DNA of 62,979 nucleotides, counting the filler. It is 9 parts of 9 records of this genome, joined end to end, with 100 filler letters (N's around TTAATTAATTAA, not from the genome) between each part and the next. Parts side by side here need not be neighbours in the genome. Positions count along the whole stretch, not along the records: positions 55,445 to 62,979 come from SRR31156797_52843; 8 more parts are not named here. The stretch is one strand, 5' to 3'. Each line of letters begins with the position of its first letter. Position 1 is the stretch's first letter. A program made the position numbers and the translations under genes. This document shows positions 55,446 to 62,979 of the stretch, piece after piece. The notes below the pieces were generated by a model, which saw only the letters and a program-made list of their open reading frames with translations, ran no database searches and had not been told where the DNA came from.

Positions 55446-58400
55446 CCCAGGGAAAGCGACCCGGACATCACCATTCCCTATATCTTCGTACAAACGACCT
55501 TTGAAGGCGTCGCCCCGGAGGACATGGAAACATTGGTCACCATGCCCATTGAGCGCAAACTCACAGGGTTATCCGGCACCAAAGAGATCTCTTCCATTTC
55601 AGATGATGGAGTGTCCATCATCAAGGTCGAGTTCAACCCCGGCGTGGATATTGACGATGCCCTGCAAAAGGTTCGCGACAAGGTGGATCAGGCCAAGCCC
55701 GACCTGCCTCAGGATTTACCCGACGACCCCACCATCAACGAAGTCAATCTCTCGGAGATGCCCATCCTGAACGTGGTATTGTCCGGCCCGTTCACCCTGA
55801 AAAGACTCAAGGTCTTTGCCGAAGGATTGGAAGACCTCATTGAGGCTGTTCCGGGTGTACTGGAAGCAAAAATCATCGGTGGCCTTGAACGCGAAATCCA
55901 TGTGGAATTCGACATGGACCGCGTGGCTTTCTATAATATCCCATTGTCCAGCCTGCTCACATCCGTAAGCAACGCCAACGTCAACACCCCCGGCGGCTCC
56001 GTGGAGATTGGCCAGGCCAAATACCTTGTCCGAGTGCCTGCCGACTTCAAGACCCCGGATGAAATCGACCGTATTGTGGTCCATTCTCAAGACGGCAGGC
56101 CCGTCTATTTAAGAGACATCGCCACCATTCGTGATCATTACAAGGACCCGACATCCATCAGCCGTTTCAACGGCAAACAGTCCGTGACCATCGAAGTCAA
56201 AAAACGGGCGGGCGAAAACATCATCGAGATCAATGATGCAGTCAAACGCATCATTGATGGAGAACGGGAAATCCTGCCGCCGACCTTGGCTATCAACCTG
56301 ACCGCCGACAAATCAGATGATATCCGCAACATGGTTGCCGACCTCCAAAACAATATCATCACGGGCCTGCTGTTGGTGCTAATCGTTGTCTTCGCCTTTA
56401 TCGGCGGACGGTCTGCCCTGTTCGTGTCACTGGCGATCCCGTTATCGATGCTCATCACATTCAGCGTACTGGACATTGTTTCCATCACACTGAACATGGT
56501 TGTGTTGTTCTCACTCATCCTTAGCCTTGGCATGCTCGTGGACAACGGCATTGTGGTCGTGGAAAACATCTACCGACACATGCACATGGGCAAAACACGA
56601 ATTCAGGCAGCCCATGACGCCACAGACGAAGTGGCCTGGCCGGTCATCGCCTCCACCCTGACCACGGTAGGCGCATTTTTCCCCATGGTCTTTTGGCCCG
56701 GTATCATGGGCGAATTCATGAGCTACCTACCCATTACGGTTATCATAGCTTTATTCGCTTCCCTGTTCGTCGCTTTGGTCATCAACCCGGTCCTGTCTGC
56801 CAAGTTTCAAGGCATCCCCAAGTCCGATGAAAACGCGAAACCAAGTGCCATTGATCGCATGATGGAGCGTTTCAAAGACTTGTACCGCCCCATTCTGGAA
56901 TGGTCTCTGGATCACAGGCTCACGGTCCTCGGCCTGTCCTTCGGCTTCCTTGTGGTATCCATCATGGCCTTCGGCGCATTCGGCAAGGGCGTAGAATTCT
57001 TACCTACGACCGAACCCAAGCGTACAGACGTCAAAATCAAGGCACCCATCGGCACCAACCTTGATGCTTCAGACGCTATCGTCCGCGTGGTTGAAGATAT
57101 TACCAAAAATTACAAGGATATTGAATACATCATCGCCAACACGGGTGAATCCGGTTCATCCGATGAAATTGGCACACATTACAGCCTGGTCAAACTCGAC
57201 TTCCTGGATATTCAGGATCGCTCAAGACCTTCTTCGGAAATCACAAACGAGATTCGTGACAAGCTTCAGGCCGCCATCCGTGGCGTAGAAATTCAGGCTG
57301 AATCCGAAAAAATGGGACCGCCTACTGGCGACCCCGTGAATCTCGAAATATATGGTACAGACCTGCGCAAACTCGGCTCGTTAGCCGTGGCCATCAAACG
57401 CGCTATCAAGGATGTACCCGGCATGGTTGACCTCAAGGACAACTATGTTGCGGCCAAACCTGAAATCCGCGTAGATGTAGACAAGGAAAAAGCAGCCTTG
57501 CTCGGCGTGGACGCCTATACCATTTCGCGTGCCGTGAAGACCGCCATCAACGGATTCAAGGTCGGCGTCTACCGAGAAGGCAAGGATGAATACGATATAG
57601 TAGCCCGCCTGCCTAAAAAGGACCGGAATTCGCTTGAAGATATCAAGCGCATCACGATTTCCGGTCCCCACGGCGAGCCTATCCCCATCACCAGCTTATG
57701 CACGGTGACACTGGGCGGAGGTCTGGGAGGCATCAATCGTATCGACCAAAAACGCGTAGTCACTCTGTCCGCCGATGTGTCAGGCCGACTGGCTGAAGAG
57801 GTTATTGCGGATATCGAAACCCGATTGGCCGAGTTCGAATTCCCGCGCGGCTACAGTTATCAGTTCACCGGGGAGCAGGAAGAGCAGCGCAAGGCGTCTT
57901 CATTTCTTGAGACAGCGTTCACTGCCGCCCTGTTCCTTATCTTCATCGTATTGGTCACGCAGTTCAACTCCATCTCCACGCCGTTCATCATCCTGACCGC
58001 AGTTATCCTGTCATTGGGAGGCGTCATGGTCGGCCTCCTCATCACGGGAACGGCCTTCGGTGTCATCATGACCGGTGTGGGCGTACTCAGCCTCGCGGGC
58101 GTAGTTGTCAATAACGCCATCGTGCTCATCGACTACTATGAACAATTAAAACTGCGAGGAGTGGAAGCACGGGATGCCATCATCGAAGCGGGACTGACAC
58201 GGTTCCGCCCGGTACTGCTCACCGCCATCACCACGGTGTTAGGTCTGGTCCCCATGGCAACGGGTGTAAGCTTCGACTTCATCAACTTCCGTCTGGATAC
58301 AGGGAGTGAAAGTTCCCAATGGTGGGGCCCCATGGCCGTGGCCGTCATCTTCGGACTCGGCATCGCCACCATCCTGACTCTTGTAGTCGTGCCTTGCCTC

Positions 58401-58460
58401 TGCTCATTGCAAGAGTCCTTCAAAGAACGAAAAAGAAAACGGTCTGAGGCCAAAGCGTAG
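55446..58460 (+). CDS. RND efflux permease, AcrB/CzcA family (5'-truncated)
   Basis: PRESDPDI, GMLVDNGIVVVENI, GVVVNNAIV and RFRPVLLT motifs. Confidence 0.93.
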   Translation, partial: PRESDPDITIPYIFVQTTFEGVAPEDMETLVTMPIERKLTGLSGTKEISSISDDGVSIIKVEFNPGVDIDDALQKVRDKVDQAKPDLPQDLPDDPTINEVNLSEMPILNVVLSGPFTLKRLKVFAEGLEDLIEAVPGVLEAKIIGGLEREIHVEFDMDRVAFYNIPLSSLLTSVSNANVNTPGGSVEIGQAKYLVRVPADFKTPDEIDRIVVHSQDGRPVYLRDIATIRDHYKDPTSISRFNGKQSVTIEVKKRAGENIIEINDAVKRIIDGEREILPPTLAINLTADKSDDIRNMVADLQNNIITGLLLVLIVVFAFIGGRSALFVSLAIPLSMLITFSVLDIVSITLNMVVLFSLILSLGMLVDNGIVVVENIYRHMHMGKTRIQAAHDATDEVAWPVIASTLTTVGAFFPMVFWPGIMGEFMSYLPITVIIALFASLFVALVINPVLSAKFQGIPKSDENAKPSAIDRMMERFKDLYRPILEWSLDHRLTVLGLSFGFLVVSIMAFGAFGKGVEFLPTTEPKRTDVKIKAPIGTNLDASDAIVRVVEDITKNYKDIEYIIANTGESGSSDEIGTHYSLVKLDFLDIQDRSRPSSEITNEIRDKLQAAIRGVEIQAESEKMGPPTGDPVNLEIYGTDLRKLGSLAVAIKRAIKDVPGMVDLKDNYVAAKPEIRVDVDKEKAALLGVDAYTISRAVKTAINGFKVGVYREGKDEYDIVARLPKKDRNSLEDIKRITISGPHGEPIPITSLCTVTLGGGLGGINRIDQKRVVTLSADVSGRLAEEVIADIETRLAEFEFPRGYSYQFTGEQEEQRKASSFLETAFTAALFLIFIVLVTQFNSISTPFIILTAVILSLGGVMVGLLITGTAFGVIMTGVGVLSLAGVVVNNAIVLIDYYEQLKLRGVEARDAIIEAGLTRFRPVLLTAITTVLGLVPMATGVSFDFINFRLDTGSESSQWWGPMAVAVIFGLGIATILTLVVVPCLCSLQESFKERKRKRSEAKA

Positions 58461-58485
58461 CTTTAAAATTAACCTCGAAAACCTC

Positions 58486-58517
58486 AACGGGAGAAGGGCT
58501 TTCCTTCTCCCGTTTTT
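58486..58517 (+). terminator. Rho-independent terminator
   Basis: AACGGGAGAAGG-gcttt-CCTTCTCCCGTT followed by Ts. Confidence 0.85.
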
Positions 58518-58676
58518 CATTTTATCAATAAAACAAAAGATGTTACTACACACTCCTTCACATTTCCCAACCGCTTGCTTTCCTACCCCGCCCTTGCTAG
58601 TCATATCGGAATGCAATCCTACATTTGTCCCTTGAGGAAACGTCACTCGGCTTTTGGCCGTCTTACCCGTGTTTTG

Positions 58677-59123
58677 ATGCTTGCTTTTCTGGTGTGCATG
58701 GTGGTACCCGCTCCCGTGTCTTCAGAAACCATCGGCACGGTGGACACCGTATTCCACATGTTCTCCCGCGATGACGATATCGTGGTAGAGGCCTTTGACG
58801 ACCCGGATATTCCGGGCGTGACCTGCTACTTGAGCCGTGCGCGCAAGGGTGGGGTCAAGGGTATGATTGGTGTGGCCGAAGACCCGTCTGATGCCTCCAT
58901 CGAATGTATCTGTACCGGAGACATCACCGTGCCGGAGAAAATCCGAAACGGAAAAAAGGACGGAGAGAAGGTGTTCAAGAAGGGCACCTCGCTGGTATTC
59001 AAATCCATGCAGGTCGTTCGATTCTACGACAAGAAGCGGGACGTCATTATCTACATGGTATACAGCGACAGAATGGTGGAAGGATCGCCCAAAAACAGCT
59101 TAACCGTTGTCAAAGTGAAATAA
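58677..59123 (+). CDS. creA: CreA-family periplasmic protein
   Basis: [35 protein letters not shown] and GSPKNS motifs; start uncertain. Confidence 0.9.
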   Translation: MLAFLVCMVVPAPVSSETIGTVDTVFHMFSRDDDIVVEAFDDPDIPGVTCYLSRARKGGVKGMIGVAEDPSDASIECICTGDITVPEKIRNGKKDGEKVFKKGTSLVFKSMQVVRFYDKKRDVIIYMVYSDRMVEGSPKNSLTVVKVK

Positions 59124-59141
59124 ATTGTTCGGAGGGAACAC

Positions 59142-59333
59142 GTGAGCGAAGATGAAGTAACACGCCTGGTTAATGACGTCATGTCCAACCCGGCTCTGGT
59201 CAATGAAGCAAAAGAGGTCAAGGATCAGGCTGGAATGGCGGAATTCGTTTCATCCAAAGGGTACTCCCTGACGGAAGACGAACTGAAACAGCTCTGGACC
59301 ATGGCAGTCAACTATATGGGAGTGCAGGGATAA
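59142..59333 (+). CDS. Nif11-like leader-peptide domain protein
   Basis: MSEDEVTRLV...NPAL...KGYSLTEDEL pattern; GGAGGG RBS, GTG start and a downstream terminator. Confidence 0.65.
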   Translation: MSEDEVTRLVNDVMSNPALVNEAKEVKDQAGMAEFVSSKGYSLTEDELKQLWTMAVNYMGVQG

Positions 59334-59360
59334 GCATCCTTCTGCAACACTCGGAATCTC

Positions 59361-59392
59361 AACGGACGGGCATATGCCTGTCCGTTTTTTTT
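59361..59392 (+). terminator. Rho-independent terminator
   Basis: AACGGACGGGCA-TA-TGCCTGTCCGTT followed by a T run. Confidence 0.8.
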
Positions 59393-59405
59393 CACCCTAT
59401 GAAAG

Positions 59406-60344
59406 TTAGAACTTCCACAGGACCCGAACATAACCACCAAAAGCATTATCCAGTTTATGTGATGATTGATATGATCCGGCTGAGTTGTACAACCGATATT
59501 CTCGTGAGTAATGATATTCCGGCCCGATGGACATAACGATGTCCTCATTGGGCGCATAATCCAGATATAAACCGGCCTTGGAACGAACAACACTGAGATA
59601 CCCGCTCTGATACAAGGAATTGTCGGAATCCAACCGATAGGTTTTCTCGGCTCGGGACAGGGCTAAACTGAAATTGATCGCATCCGAACCATCTAGTGCG
59701 TCGTCAAACAAACCAAAAGACTGCAACGTTCGACGCAAGGCTTTTTGTGACACAGCCACGGCCAACCCTATTTCCGCTTCACCAAAAAGGTCCTGATTGA
59801 GCGGCGACAGAGCCACGGTTCTGGCGGTCAGTCCGAGCATCCACCCCTGCCAGAAATCATAGGCAATGCCACCGTCAAAGCCGACACCCACGGCACCGGG
59901 AAAAGTGGTCTCAAAAGAGGAAGCCACCTCGCCGTTAACCCAATAACGCCAACGATCACCAATAGTGTCATTGAGTAATCGGACCTGCAATGTAAAATCA
60001 TGCAGGATATCCCACGGAGTCAAACTCCCCCCTACACTGAAGGTCTTGGCAACTCCTTCTGTGTGCGTCCAGGCAAAATCCGAAGCCATATAGGAAAGTT
60101 TGAAAATCGAATAATCGACCGACAACGAAGTACGAAACACTTCCACGCCGCCAAGCCCGTTACTGAAGTCTGCGCTTCCAACGTAATCAAAGGCCGTCTC
60201 CAGACGTAATTCCTTGCTCACATTGGTCGGTGCAGTCAGCAAAAAATCAGGCTGGGCCGTACTGAATTCGGTCTCGGCCAGCACGACTGGCGAACACGTG
60301 AGCAGAAAAACAAGGGCTATCAAAAAACGCGACATAACCGACAT
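59406..60344 (-). CDS. Hypothetical outer membrane beta-barrel protein
   Basis: Signal peptide; alternating hydrophobic strands; terminal YVRVLWKF. Confidence 0.7.
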   Translation of the reverse strand: MSVMSRFLIALVFLLTCSPVVLAETEFSTAQPDFLLTAPTNVSKELRLETAFDYVGSADFSNGLGGVEVFRTSLSVDYSIFKLSYMASDFAWTHTEGVAKTFSVGGSLTPWDILHDFTLQVRLLNDTIGDRWRYWVNGEVASSFETTFPGAVGVGFDGGIAYDFWQGWMLGLTARTVALSPLNQDLFGEAEIGLAVAVSQKALRRTLQSFGLFDDALDGSDAINFSLALSRAEKTYRLDSDNSLYQSGYLSVVRSKAGLYLDYAPNEDIVMSIGPEYHYSREYRLYNSAGSYQSSHKLDNAFGGYVRVLWKF

Positions 60345-60389
60345 GGGTACGCGTTTGCTCTGTTTCTGGCAAGAACGACAGGCCTTCTA

Positions 60390-61067
60390 TTACAAGGTCA
60401 ACGGCAGTTCGATGGCTTCCTGCGGACAGACACTGACGCAACTGCCGCACTCATCACACCGTTGGCCATTGATGGAATACGGTTCACCGGGAACAATTGC
60501 TTTAAAAGTGCAGACCTCAAGGCACTCTCCGCAACTCACACAATCATTGGTTATCCAGCAACCAGCCTCATTGTGCTTCTCACCACCAAAGGAAAAACGG
60601 GAGCGTAACAGTTTGTGATCACGGTGTTCCTCTTCAAAGTCATAATCGAAGATTTCGCCCTTGCCCTTGTAAAGACAAAACAGGCGCATGGCAGGATACC
60701 GCTCCTGTTCTTCAAAAACATACTGCATTGTCTCGTCACCGGCCTCGGCCTTGATTATGATACTACCTTGGGTCACTTCACGAGCTTCTCCCGTGATACG
60801 CAACGTAAAACCCGGAGCAAAATACGGCTGTCCCACCGAATTCTTTTTTTCCTTACGGCCATGAGGATAGATACCGCTCACTGAAATCCGTGGGTTGGCC
60901 TTGAGTTGATGATAAAACGGCTTGGAATCCATGGTCAGGAAATAGACGCCGTCATTGTCTCCACCACATACACTGATAATACGACTATGCATGATATCGC
61001 CGTCCAACGTCGTCATGGAAAGGCAACCTATTTTGGCAATGGCCTCGTGCACTTCACTCAATGTCAT
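60390..61067 (-). CDS. Pyridoxamine 5'-phosphate oxidase-like domain fused to a 2x[4Fe-4S] ferredoxin
   Basis: HSRII...YFLT..SKPFY; CVSCGECLEVC and CDECGSCVSVCP; GGAGGA RBS before the ATG at 61067. Confidence 0.85.
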   Translation of the reverse strand: MTLSEVHEAIAKIGCLSMTTLDGDIMHSRIISVCGGDNDGVYFLTMDSKPFYHQLKANPRISVSGIYPHGRKEKKNSVGQPYFAPGFTLRITGEAREVTQGSIIIKAEAGDETMQYVFEEQERYPAMRLFCLYKGKGEIFDYDFEEEHRDHKLLRSRFSFGGEKHNEAGCWITNDCVSCGECLEVCTFKAIVPGEPYSINGQRCDECGSCVSVCPQEAIELPLTL

Positions 61068-61133
61068 GATAAATCCTCCATACATTCATTTGATGGCTGT
61101 ATGGTAGGAAAACGCACTCAGTGCAACAAGGAA

Positions 61134-62027
61134 CTATCGTACAAAAGACTGGTACTTTTCTCGCATCTGTTCCCGAAACCCTGAAGGCGTGACCCCAGCC
61201 TCCCGTTTGAAAAATCGGCCAAAATAAGACGGATCATCAAAACTGAGTTCAAAACAGATTTCCGATACGTTCATATCGGAATGGGCAAGCATCCGCTTTG
61301 CGGCCATAACCATCTCGTTACGCACAATCTGGCCGGGCGTGGTCCGAGTAGCTTCCTTGACCGCAGAGTTCAATCTGGACACGCTCACCCCTAGGGCGTC
61401 GGCATAGTCCTGCACTGACATCTGCAAAAGGTATTTTTCAGCAACCATTTTCTTGAACCGACGGACAAGATCAGGTTCCCGCTCGAGGGAATCAAGACTC
61501 ACGCTTTCAACATACATGCGTTGCAAATTAACCATGAAGATATGGAAAAAGGCCCGCAGGACCGACACGAATCCCTCATTTCGTCCATCAAACTCTGTAC
61601 GCATCTTCTCCACCAAATCGAGCAAAGCCGCCGCCTGATCCGTTGAAGCATGATACAGAGGCAAATGGGCGGAACTGTAAAAGAACTCCAAATCCGCCAT
61701 GTTGACGACAGGCGATTCCGGCGAACGCAAAAAGTCTTCGGTAAAGGCCATGACATATCCTTTCAAATCTCCCTCGGGCCTCCACAAATGGAGTTGGTGG
61801 GGCGACACGAAGTACAAGGAATTCGGCGTAATGTCATAGGGTTGAAAGTCAATAACATGTACTCCTCTACCTTCAGTCACAAACTGGATGGCAAAATAGT
61901 CATGCAAATGTGGCTCAAGAATATCCGAAACAGGACATCCCGAACCTTCTGTAAACGGCCAAATTATAAAATTTGCCAAGGGATCAATCATCTCCTCGGC
62001 CTTATGAACTGTATGTGTTTCTGTCAT
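61134..62027 (-). CDS. AraC-family regulator with cupin sensor domain
   Basis: PHLHDYF; VQDYADAL; FDDPSYFGRFFKR..G.TP. Confidence 0.92.
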   Translation of the reverse strand: MTETHTVHKAEEMIDPLANFIIWPFTEGSGCPVSDILEPHLHDYFAIQFVTEGRGVHVIDFQPYDITPNSLYFVSPHQLHLWRPEGDLKGYVMAFTEDFLRSPESPVVNMADLEFFYSSAHLPLYHASTDQAAALLDLVEKMRTEFDGRNEGFVSVLRAFFHIFMVNLQRMYVESVSLDSLEREPDLVRRFKKMVAEKYLLQMSVQDYADALGVSVSRLNSAVKEATRTTPGQIVRNEMVMAAKRMLAHSDMNVSEICFELSFDDPSYFGRFFKREAGVTPSGFREQMREKYQSFVR

Positions 62028-62212
62028 TGGGCACCTGTACCTTCTGTACCGTTGCAATGGCAAGACTCTCTGCCGTGATTCCCTGCGTTGACATGACATT
62101 GTGACAAACCACCCTCCTTTTCCTCAAGTCGGAATATGTTGGTACCCAACATATCGCGCACGCATAAGGGCCTAAAGGGACTCATTCCTTCATAGCTGGC
62201 ACATTTCAGCAC

Positions 62213-62246
62213 AAAAAAAGCCAGTCCCACAAAGGGACCGGCTTTT
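62213..62246 (-). terminator. secA terminator
   Basis: Minus strand AAAAGCCGGTCCC-tttgt-GGGACTGGCTTTTTTT. Confidence 0.8.
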
Positions 62247-62270
62247 CACCAACATATTTCAGACTACGGG

Positions 62271-62979
62271 TTAGGAACCGCAGCACTTCTTGTATTTCTT
62301 ACCACTGCCGCACGGGCAGGGAGCATTGCGGGAAACCTTGGGGGCCTTCTTGACGGGCGAGACTTTCTTGTCCTGCTCGGATTCGTGGTCAGTGTACTCC
62401 AGTTCCTCGGAACCTTCGTGCTTAAACTCTTCGTCCTTGACTTCAGCCTCGATACGCAGATGAGAAAAAGCGCGCATGGCGTTTTCCTTGATGGTGTAGA
62501 CCAACTCGGCAAACAACTCGAAACCTTCACGCTTGTATTCCTGTTTAGGATCTTTCTGACCGTATCCACGCAGGCCGATGCCGTCGCGCAGATGGTCCAT
62601 ATTGAGCAGATGCTCCTTCCAGTTGCGGTCCAGGGAATCAAGCATAAAGTAGCGCAGGATTTCCTGATAATGCTCGCCGGTGGAGGTACGCAGGTACGCG
62701 AAAATATTGTCCACCCATTCTGCGGCCTGTTCCCGGCTCGGCAACTCGACATCATTCCATGTGTCAAACCGTTCAAAATTGAAGACCTCTTCCAAGCGGG
62801 CACGCACAGAATCAATGGTTTCCTGATCCGGGTCCTTCATATCCAATGCGGGTTCCAGAATCTCTTCGACGAGGTCAGTGGAGTATTCCAAAGCCAGCTC
62901 TTCCACTTCCTTGGCCTTCATCAAGTCATGACGCAAAGAGTAAATGGCTTCACGCTGCTGGTTCATGACATCGTCATAT
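62271..62979 (-). CDS. secA: Preprotein translocase SecA, C-terminal part
   Basis: DVMNQQR, WKEHLLNMDHLRDGIGLRGYGQKDP and SEC-C motif RNAPCPCGSGKKYKKCC. Confidence 0.97.
   Translation of the reverse strand, partial: YDDVMNQQREAIYSLRHDLMKAKEVEELALEYSTDLVEEILEPALDMKDPDQETIDSVRARLEEVFNFERFDTWNDVELPSREQAAEWVDNIFAYLRTSTGEHYQEILRYFMLDSLDRNWKEHLLNMDHLRDGIGLRGYGQKDPKQEYKREGFELFAELVYTIKENAMRAFSHLRIEAEVKDEEFKHEGSEELEYTDHESEQDKKVSPVKKAPKVSRNAPCPCGSGKKYKKCCGS

Overview
This window is not one locus. It is nine unrelated assembly fragments joined by eight artificial 100-bp spacers (N44-TTAATTAATTAA-N44), so adjacency across a spacer means nothing. Fragment 1 (1-6213): an integron cassette array with three complete attC sites and no integrase visible. 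It carries a VanX-like dipeptidase, a 527-aa membrane protein of unknown function, an SRPBCC protein and a methyltransferase split by a complete two-ORF IS. Fragment 2 (6314-12959): a likely sigma54-driven MglA/MglB-type operon with three roadblock domains, a V4R-like protein and an amidoligase, next to an NtrC-type activator and a kinase-cNMP fragment. Fragment 3 (13060-19724): an Mrr-like nuclease-STAND NTPase-TPR gene converging on a GT2 + NodU-type carbamoyltransferase pair; the whole fragment is bounded by a perfect 20-bp inverted repeat that overlaps both start codons. This is the best candidate for an undescribed system. Fragment 4: FadL-like porin, solute-binding protein, PilZ-hypothetical-Zn-ribbon ParA, glgB. 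Fragment 5 (GC-rich): FSA-like aldolase, CoA-transferase, citryl-CoA lyase, TctE-like kinase. Fragment 6 (Bacteroidota-like): SusC, ROK regulator, sulfatase. Fragment 7: RRE(PqqD)/nucleotidyltransferase/ABC/methyl- and glycosyltransferase/radical SAM cluster, a stand-alone khpA with a GGA-rich leader, a CHAT-TPR lipoprotein and a dipeptide epimerase. Fragment 8: fhs, BioY-ECF transporter, nagZ/murU/amgK. Fragment 9: RND pump, creA, Nif11-like peptide, AraC regulator, secA. I saw no rRNA, tRNA or CRISPR array. All family calls come from motifs read by eye, not from database searches.
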